Part shown: piece by piece, positions 36,069 to 41,598 of the stretch
Numbering within the stretch: position 1 is the first letter of the stretch
Layout of the letters: the number at the start of each line of letters is the position of its first letter
Source: a virus
UHGV virus genome: UHGV-0209794
Length of the DNA: 41,598 nucleotides
Reading direction: 5' to 3' (one strand)
Translations under genes and position numbers: made by a program
The notes under the pieces: generated by a model
Databases searched by the model: none
The model's input: only the letters and a program-made list of their open reading frames with translations
What the model was told of the DNA's origin: nothing

Positions 36069-36185
36069 GATCAGTGATTTATCATTGGTCTTGCCTCTTC
36101 TAGCGTTTGGTCGCGCTAGTAGAACTCTCGGTTAGCTTTGGTCGGCGACCCGAGGTAAAGGAACCCACTTCGGTGGGTTTTTTTA
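36069..36185 (+). ncRNA. candidate antisense sRNA carrying complement of the shared AGAGGCAAGACCA translation-initiation motif
   Basis: TTGTGC-N17-TAAAAT promoter-like hexamers at 36034-36062. Strong plus-strand intrinsic terminator AACCCAC-TTCG-GTGGGTT plus T7 at 36162-36184, in a region where all annotated genes are minus-strand. The transcript would contain CAUUGGUCUUGCCUCUU. Confidence 0.3.
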
Positions 36186-36318
36186 CATCTTCATCAAATT
36201 CAAGAGTTGCAATTTTATTGTCGGCACAACAATTGAATACTGTTTCAGGGAAAAGATTGCAAAGGTTTAAGACATTATCCAACTTAATGTTTTCCATTTT
36301 ATTTTTACCTATATGCAT
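36100..36318 (-). CDS. hypothetical first gene of leftward early operon (uncertain)
   Basis: 72-aa ORF, but its 3' third overlaps a strong plus-strand terminator hairpin. The C-terminus may be an artefact. Confidence 0.25.
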   Translation of the reverse strand: MHIGKNKMENIKLDNVLNLCNLFPETVFNCCADNKIATLEFDEDVKKPTEVGSFTSGRRPKLTESSTSATKR

Positions 36319-36676
36319 AATATGTCTCCTGTCATTTATGATATTGCTAGTCTAATTTTGGTGATTGGTGGTAGGTGCTTATCTCCTACTTTCGGTCTTG
36401 TTGTGCAAGTATCCGCGTGGGTTAAGTGTCCACTGCTAATCAGCCTTAGCGTTCACCAATCCCAAAAATTGTGTGCCGTCTTTCCGAGCTGTCAGGTCTG
36501 CCTTGTAGCTTTGGTCTGTAACTAATTTAATTCCCTGGTATTGCTAAAAAATCTGCTGTTATGCCGTGGTAATCATGACAGGTCGCGATGAGAGCTGTGG
36601 TTCTCCTCCGACATAACAGCAAAACTAAATCTGAACACTGACCTAAACACTTGCTGTGTTGTTTTTGGTTGCTTTA

Positions 36677-36717
36677 ATATTAGCGTTGCTATTTTAATTG
36701 TCAATAGCATTGCTAAT
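36677..36717 (-). promoter_or_regulatory. pL-like promoter with OL operators
   Basis: On the minus strand, TTGACA (36699-36704) -N16/17- TAATAT (36677-36682). Overlapping palindromic operators AATAGCATTGCTAAT (36703-36717) and ATTAGCGTTGCTAT (36679-36692). Confidence 0.5.
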
Positions 36718-36727
36718 ATTTTGAGTT

Positions 36728-36753
36728 AAAAAAAACCACCGTATCGACGGTGG
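36728..36753 (-). terminator. rho-independent terminator of repressor gene
   Basis: On the minus strand, CCACCGT-cgat-ACGGTGG followed by T8, directly after the cI-like stop. Confidence 0.6.
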
Positions 36754-36775
36754 TTGTATGTAACACATTGTTATT

Positions 36776-37534
36776 TTATGCAAAATCAATCATTTTAATA
36801 GGAAGTGATTTTATTACTTTTCCAATAATTCGGAGATCATACATTTCTGACTCTTCAATATAAAACGTTTCATAAGCAGGATTATCTGATTTAACAGCTA
36901 GTTTTCTGCCCTTAACTCTTTGTAATCTTTTTATAAATAATGAATTTTCAAAACTAAACACATAAACACCATCGCCATCAAAAAATTCATTATGAGTATC
37001 AACAAAAACGACATCTCTTGGGTTTATTGCTGGAGACATGCTGTCACCGCTAATATTAATTATTTCAATCCCTTTTAAACTTTTTCTACCGAATAAATCG
37101 AATACTTTTTCTGGTGAGAATTCAATAGATTTTATAGTGTCAGGGAATTCGTTATTTATAAAGCCACCGGGGCCTGCTTTTGCATATACATCCATCAGTC
37201 TTAACGTCGTATGTTCATTTTGAGTTGATGTAGAAGAAGTTATTTGTTTTATTTCTTCTTCTTTTCCTGTTCGCCTAACGTAGTCTAACAATGTTTTTAG
37301 CTCTGGATTAATATCTTCAGGATCAACTTTCAATAATGATGCGAATTTTAGAATTGTATCAGTATTTAAGGCTGTTCGGCCATTTAAATACTGGCTTACT
37401 GCACCTTGAGTAGCAAAACCCATAATCTCTGCGGCTTTTTCTTGAGTCAAGCCCAGAGATTCTCGTTTTGCTTCCCAAATGTTTCGTAAGTTTCGGGCGG
37501 CAATTTTATCTGATTCTGATATTTTTCTGTTCAT
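36776..37534 (-). CDS. cI-like repressor (XRE HTH + S24 LexA-like autopeptidase)
   Basis: N-terminal HTH (LGLTQEKAAEIMGFATQGAVSQYLNG). C-terminal GDSMSPAI (Ser) and FIKRL (Lys) peptidase S24 motifs. Divergent from a cro-like gene. Confidence 0.8.
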   Translation of the reverse strand: MNRKISESDKIAARNLRNIWEAKRESLGLTQEKAAEIMGFATQGAVSQYLNGRTALNTDTILKFASLLKVDPEDINPELKTLLDYVRRTGKEEEIKQITSSTSTQNEHTTLRLMDVYAKAGPGGFINNEFPDTIKSIEFSPEKVFDLFGRKSLKGIEIINISGDSMSPAINPRDVVFVDTHNEFFDGDGVYVFSFENSLFIKRLQRVKGRKLAVKSDNPAYETFYIEESEMYDLRIIGKVIKSLPIKMIDFA

Positions 37535-37544
37535 TTTAGTATTT

Positions 37545-37612
37545 TATTTGTAATGCTAATAATTATCCAATAGCATTGCTATTGATTTATTAAATTAGCA
37601 CTGCTAATATTC
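37545..37612. promoter_or_regulatory. OR operator cluster with pR
   Basis: Palindromes AATAGCATTGCTATT (37569-37583) and ATTAGCACTGCTAAT (37594-37608) plus a half-site near 37548. pR is TTGATT (37582-37587) -N17- TAATAT (37605-37610), then GGAGGA and ATG 37639. Confidence 0.5.
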
Positions 37613-37638
37613 AGCTATTACATAAGCTGGAGGACAAT

Positions 37639-37896
37639 ATGAAATTAGATCTGTATTTAAAAAAACAAAAAATCAGCCAAACTGAATTTGGGAAATCGGT
37701 TGGAGTAACTCAAGGGTTTATTAGTCAAGTTATTGCTGGTTGCTACTACCCTAAAGGTCGAAAAGCTATCGAATGGTCAGCAAAAACTAATTGGTTAGTA
37801 ACTCCACATGATCTTAATCCAGTTGATTATCCAAATCCTTGGGATGGCTTACCAAAAGGAGTATTCAGTATTACAGGTATCAAATTAAAAAACTGA
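37639..37896 (+). CDS. Cro-like HTH regulator (YdaS-like)
   Basis: 85 aa with HTH QTEFGKSVGVTQGFISQVIAG. First gene of the rightward operon. Confidence 0.6.
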   Translation: MKLDLYLKKQKISQTEFGKSVGVTQGFISQVIAGCYYPKGRKAIEWSAKTNWLVTPHDLNPVDYPNPWDGLPKGVFSITGIKLKN

Positions 37897-37936
37897 TTAT
37901 GCATAATCAATTTTTATAGCGACAGGAGACGCAAAA

Positions 37937-38392
37937 ATGAATTTTGATATCAACATTATCAGAGCTGAAATTGAGGACTGGGCTGTAGAACAAGGGCAAG
38001 AACATGTTGCTATTGAGATTAGCCGAGCTTACTTACGATTAGTGATTAATCAAGAACATGGTCGATTACATGCCATTGAGGATCAAACGGGTAAGGCCGA
38101 CTGGAAAGCAATAAACAATAACCGGCAACAGATATTCCGTTGGTTACGTGGTGATTCTCGCGCATCTCAAAGAAAAATTGCTGAGTTAATGCCAGCGATT
38201 GAAATGGCTCTACCGGCTTCGAGGTTAGCTCGAGTACGTGGAGATACAAAAAACTATTTAGCAACCGTGGCCATTCAGCGTTTTGCTGATGCTATGACTG
38301 AAATCTTATTAGAGGGTCGTGACATGTCACACCAAATAAACAATGTAGTACGTGCACTAAATGAGATATCACGCCCGACCAGCGTGCATTAA
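37937..38392 (+). CDS. YdaT-like regulator (cII-position protein)
   Basis: NRQQIFRWLRGDSRASQRKIAELMPAIEMALP parallels Rac YdaT (NQQNIYHRWLKGETKTQREKIQKLIPAILAILP). 151 aa. Confidence 0.5.
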   Translation: MNFDINIIRAEIEDWAVEQGQEHVAIEISRAYLRLVINQEHGRLHAIEDQTGKADWKAINNNRQQIFRWLRGDSRASQRKIAELMPAIEMALPASRLARVRGDTKNYLATVAIQRFADAMTEILLEGRDMSHQINNVVRALNEISRPTSVH

Positions 38393-38409
38393 TTCAAGAG
38401 GCAAGACCA

Positions 38410-38634
38410 ATGATTAGATCAACTGAAAAAATCACATACCGCAATGGGTTTATGCTGAATGATAAACCTGCTCATATCTCAGATATCCAACATATTTTTG
38501 ATGGTAGACGCGTTATTGCGTTGTTAATTTGGGAGCAGTATGAGCGAGAAAAACAAAAATTACTGTCAAAAAATTTAACCCCTGAGCAGTACCAAAATGC
38601 TTGCCGTAATATAGCTAAAGCACTGGGGGTGTGA
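38410..38634 (+). CDS. hypothetical small protein
   Basis: 74-aa ORF; start preceded by CAAGAGGCAAGACCA. Confidence 0.4.
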   Translation: MIRSTEKITYRNGFMLNDKPAHISDIQHIFDGRRVIALLIWEQYEREKQKLLSKNLTPEQYQNACRNIAKALGV

Positions 38635-38635
38635 A

Positions 38636-39463
38636 ATGAGTAATAAATTAACTGGCTATGTGTGGGATGCATGTGCTGTTTCAGGTGTTAAGGGTACCAA
38701 GTTAATGATCATGGTACGCCTAGCCGATTATTCGAGCGATGAAGGGGTTGCTTATCCCAGTGTTGAAACCATCAGTCGTCAAATTGGTGCGGGAATTAGC
38801 ACAATTCGCAATGCATGTAATGAACTTGAGCGTGATGGTTGGTTAGTTAAAAAGCAACGTAGAAATGGCAATCGTAATGCTTCAAATTTATATTTTTTAA
38901 ATGTCGATAAATTGGAAAAAATCGCATTAGAAGAGAACGCCAAATTAAGAAAACAACGTGAAAAACTATCAAATTTTCACCGTCCAGATTCTGACCGTTC
39001 AGATTCTGACCGTACAGAAAACAGTAAAAATGTACGTTTTGACCCTCCAGAATCTGGCGTTCAAGGTGGTTTTCACCCTCCAGAATCTGGAGGCGATCCA
39101 CAAGTAAATTCAAAACATGATCCACAAGAATTACTCGAGGGGAAAAAATCGAAAAATAAATTCGATCCGAAATTGGCTAAACCGTCAAATGTGAGTGATG
39201 AGGTTTGGCAGGATTGGATTAACTTCAGGAAAGAAATTAAAAAACCGCTGACAGAAACCATGTGCAAGCAACAAGCAAAAAAATTATCGCTTTGCACCGA
39301 TGCCAACGCTGTGATTTGTAATTCAATTGCCAACGGTTGGCAGGGGCTATTTCCTGAAAGATCCGTAGTACAAACTCAAAAAGTAAATTCTCATACTGGG
39401 TTTAGCGAAAAAGATTACCAGTCTCAAGATCCTCATTGGTTTGTGGGAGGTGGAAATGTCTGA
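38636..39463 (+). CDS. replication initiator / replisome organiser (lambda O-like) with internal origin
   Basis: N-terminal wHTH-like domain, a low-complexity middle containing DNA iterons, and a C-terminal domain. Upstream of DnaC-like and DnaB genes. Confidence 0.55.
   Translation: MSNKLTGYVWDACAVSGVKGTKLMIMVRLADYSSDEGVAYPSVETISRQIGAGISTIRNACNELERDGWLVKKQRRNGNRNASNLYFLNVDKLEKIALEENAKLRKQREKLSNFHRPDSDRSDSDRTENSKNVRFDPPESGVQGGFHPPESGGDPQVNSKHDPQELLEGKKSKNKFDPKLAKPSNVSDEVWQDWINFRKEIKKPLTETMCKQQAKKLSLCTDANAVICNSIANGWQGLFPERSVVQTQKVNSHTGFSEKDYQSQDPHWFVGGGNV
38984..39090. repeat. origin iterons: 4 copies of CAGATTCTG/CAGAATCTG core (two direct 15-mers + two inverted 15-mers) followed by AT-rich stretch
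   Basis: CCAGATTCTGACCGT (38984), TCAGATTCTGACCGT (38999), CCCTCCAGAATCTGG (39043, 39076). AT-rich 39100-39180. Confidence 0.5.
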
Positions 39464-40049
39464 ACAAAATTTATTAACTGCGGTGAATATTCCCCCTCGC
39501 TTTGCTAATGCGACATTTGAATCATTTGTCGCCTCAACACCGACAGCAAAACATAATTTAAAAATTTGTCAGCAGTACGTCGAAACTTGGAGCGACCGAA
39601 AAAACGCAGGAGAGGGGCTTGTACTGTGTGGAACACCAGGAACTGGTAAAACACACCTTGCAGTATCAATCGCCCGTCAGATTGCCGGAGAATTGCAAGA
39701 AACGGTATTCATTACCACAGCCTCACGTATCATTCGCGCTTTTCGAAGAACATGGGCTGGAAATTCAGAATTCAGTGAACTTGATGTACTTGAAAAATAT
39801 TGCACACCTGATTTGTTAATTATTGATGAAATTGGTGTTCAGTATGGCACTGATTCTGAACGTAATATCTTGTTTGAGGTGATTAATGATCGCTACGAAG
39901 ATTTGCTACCTACAATTTTGATAAGCAACTTGCCCGTTGTTGATCTACAAGAAATGCTTGGTGAACGAGTTGTGGACAGATTATTACAGGGGGGAACGGT
40001 ATTAACGTTTAACTGGCCAACATATCGTAGAGGTAATCATCATGCATGA
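39456..40049 (+). CDS. DnaC-like helicase loader (IstB-like AAA+ ATPase)
   Basis: Walker A GTPGTGKTHL and Walker B LLIIDEIG. Start at ATG 39456, which has a GGAGGTGG RBS. Confidence 0.75.
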   Translation: MSEQNLLTAVNIPPRFANATFESFVASTPTAKHNLKICQQYVETWSDRKNAGEGLVLCGTPGTGKTHLAVSIARQIAGELQETVFITTASRIIRAFRRTWAGNSEFSELDVLEKYCTPDLLIIDEIGVQYGTDSERNILFEVINDRYEDLLPTILISNLPVVDLQEMLGERVVDRLLQGGTVLTFNWPTYRRGNHHA

Positions 40050-41415
40050 AAAAGAATTAGAACATGCGGTGATTAGTGGTTTGTTAGCTGGTGGTGCTAG
40101 TCAAGATGCATATGAGGTATTAGCCACATTACCTGAAGAAGCCTTTAGTTCTAGATATTTTCGTAATGTCTACAAAGAAATTAAAAAACAAGCGCTAGCA
40201 AGTTCTTTAATAGATCCCTTTTTTATTGCTGATGCGCTAGGTGAAAAAGGCGATTTAGCAAATTTACTTGAGCTATCTAAAACACCTATTTGGACAGCAA
40301 ATTTAAAAGGCTATGCCTCAAAAGTTTATAGTTATTATCGTGTTAGAGAAGTCATTCAATTAATTTCCAAGTATCAAAATGATATTACTACTGCAAATAA
40401 TCATGAACAAGCTGAAGAATTTATTCATCAATTTGCAACCCAAATTGGCCAGCTGACAATTGGTAATCAGAACCTACTTCCTGTGCATTTAAATACACTA
40501 CTTGAAGGATATGTAGATGTTTTAGAACGCAGAAACAAAGGGGAAGATGCTGTTGGGATGATAAAAAGTGGTATTGAAGCTTTAGATGACAAAATTGGAG
40601 GCTTTAATCCAACAGACTTAGTTTTTATTGGCGGTCGTCCGGGGATGGGAAAAACAGAGCTTGCACTAACGATGACTGAGGGAATGACCAGAGATGGAGG
40701 CGGTGCATTATTCTTCTCGATGGAAATGTCCAATCAGCAAATTACTGAGCGTCTAGTTGCAGGTTCTGCTCAACTACCAATATCAACATTGAGACATCGT
40801 GGGCGATTGGATGATGAAGGATGGGGGCGTTTAAGTTCAGCACTAGGCCATTTAATGGATAGAGATATTCATATCATCGATGCGAGTAATCTAACTATTG
40901 AACAAATATGTGCAATCAGTGAAAACCACAAACGTAAATATCCAAATTTGAAAGGAATTTTTGTTGATTATTTAGGGTTAATTAAAAAACCTAAAGCAGA
41001 ACGTAATGATTTAGCAATTGCGAAAATATCTGCATCTTTAAAAGGATTAGCAAAGAGGTTACACACGCCAACTATTGCGTTAAGCCAGCTATCTCGTGAT
41101 GTTGATAAAAGACCTATTAATCAACGCCGTCCTGTTTCTGCTGATTTACGCGATTCTGGTAGCTTAGAGCAAGACGCTGACTTAATTTTATTTACCTATA
41201 GGGAGGCCGTATATAACCCCAATAGCCCTGCGAAAAATTATGCCGAGATCATTATTGATAAATTTAGACACGGAGAAACCGGCACAGTCTATCAAGAATT
41301 TAAGAATGGCCACTATCTGCCTACCGACCAAATTACAGCGTCAGAAGTGTCCAAAATGCAACAACAATCACAGCAAAACGATAAAAGACGTCGTTACGCA
41401 GAAAAAGCATTTTAG
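40042..41415 (+). CDS. replicative DNA helicase DnaB-family
   Basis: 457 aa with Walker A GGRPGMGKTELAL and DnaB-like C-terminal motifs (SQLSRDVDKRP, DLRDSGSLEQDADL). Confidence 0.85.
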   Translation: MHEKELEHAVISGLLAGGASQDAYEVLATLPEEAFSSRYFRNVYKEIKKQALASSLIDPFFIADALGEKGDLANLLELSKTPIWTANLKGYASKVYSYYRVREVIQLISKYQNDITTANNHEQAEEFIHQFATQIGQLTIGNQNLLPVHLNTLLEGYVDVLERRNKGEDAVGMIKSGIEALDDKIGGFNPTDLVFIGGRPGMGKTELALTMTEGMTRDGGGALFFSMEMSNQQITERLVAGSAQLPISTLRHRGRLDDEGWGRLSSALGHLMDRDIHIIDASNLTIEQICAISENHKRKYPNLKGIFVDYLGLIKKPKAERNDLAIAKISASLKGLAKRLHTPTIALSQLSRDVDKRPINQRRPVSADLRDSGSLEQDADLILFTYREAVYNPNSPAKNYAEIIIDKFRHGETGTVYQEFKNGHYLPTDQITASEVSKMQQQSQQNDKRRRYAEKAF

Positions 41416-41434
41416 TTAAAACAGAGGCAAGACC

Positions 41435-41598
41435 ATGACAATTAAAGACTCTCTTACTCACGAATCTCTCGTTCGTGATAATCACCCTATATTACCCGAC
41501 GATGGGTTAGACCATACACAGTGTCATATTGATCGCCTCCATGCATCAGCAAGAGCGAGAACAAAAGCACCTTATCAACCTAAGGTTAAACCACAAAA
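41435..41598 (+). CDS. hypothetical protein (5' partial, runs off window)
   Basis: ATG 41435 is preceded by ACAGAGGCAAGACC. The frame is open to the window end. Confidence 0.3.
   Translation, partial: MTIKDSLTHESLVRDNHPILPDDGLDHTQCHIDRLHASARARTKAPYQPKVKPQ

Larger units (their letters stand above)
1..41598. mobile_element. Temperate contractile-tailed phage genome (lambda-like regulation, pac/headful packaging), circularly permuted in this window
   Basis: Phage genes cover the whole window: Q, lysis, terminase, head, sheath/tube tail, integrase, cI/cro-like, O/DnaC/DnaB. No host genes seen. Confidence 0.85.

Noticed and set aside
36556-36624. Inverted repeat GCTGTTATG...CATAACAGC considered as retron a1/a2 repeats flanking msr-msd
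   Set aside because: It encloses only ~50 nt, no reverse transcriptase gene is nearby, and it fits a leader hairpin or terminator better.

Overview
The whole 41.6-kb window is one temperate, contractile-tailed phage genome with lambda-like regulatory logic and pac-type (headful) packaging. Read left to right it contains:

- **1-3300, nin/late-regulatory region.** Dam-like D12 adenine MTase, conserved phage proteins, a YbcO-like nuclease, a Q-like antiterminator followed by a tR'-like intrinsic terminator, and a small wHTH protein.
- **3415-4461.** A second, beta-class MTase.
- **4724-6073, lysis cassette.** Pinholin-like holin, SAR endolysin, and Rz with an embedded Rz1.
- **6070-7456, minus-strand accessory cassette.** Three genes, one with a Ros/MucR-type zinc finger.
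- **7846-15746, packaging and head.** terS (with a 10-copy TGCGCA array inside it), terL, portal, MuF-like protein, acidic scaffold, decoration-like protein and capsid.
- **15816-28760, tail.** Head-tail proteins, sheath, tube, a tail chaperone with a canonical UUUUUUC -1 frameshift site, tape measure, baseplate proteins and a repeat-rich tail fibre.
- **28818-30017, AT-rich moron island.** A minus-strand operon (CysE/WcaB-like acetyltransferase, unknown, DinI-like) behind a near-consensus LexA box.
- **30422-31822.** Tyrosine integrase, with putative arm-type repeats upstream.
- **31819-36318, leftward early operon.** AlpA-like protein, small ORFs, Gp157-like protein, a Rad52/Sak-type annealing domain fused to a ~380-aa N-terminal extension, and small proteins.
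- **36776-38392, immunity region.** cI-like S24 repressor with palindromic OL/OR operators and near-consensus pL/pR, then YdaS-like (Cro) and YdaT-like (cII analogue) proteins.
- **38636-41415, replication.** O-like initiator with four internal iterons, DnaC-like loader and DnaB helicase.

The integrase sits mid-window with phage genes on both sides and no host flank, so this looks like a circularly permuted complete phage sequence rather than a prophage with chromosomal borders.

The most unusual signals are:

1. A 13-16 nt motif AGAGGCAAGACCA(ATG) placed directly at the start codon of seven early-region genes on both strands.
2. A candidate ~120-nt plus-strand antisense sRNA (sigma70-like promoter plus UUCG-loop intrinsic terminator) that carries the exact complement of that motif.
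3. The hexamer array in terS, a probable pac site.
4. The SOS-box-controlled DinI/acetyltransferase moron operon.
5. The MucR-like minus-strand cassette between lysis and packaging genes.
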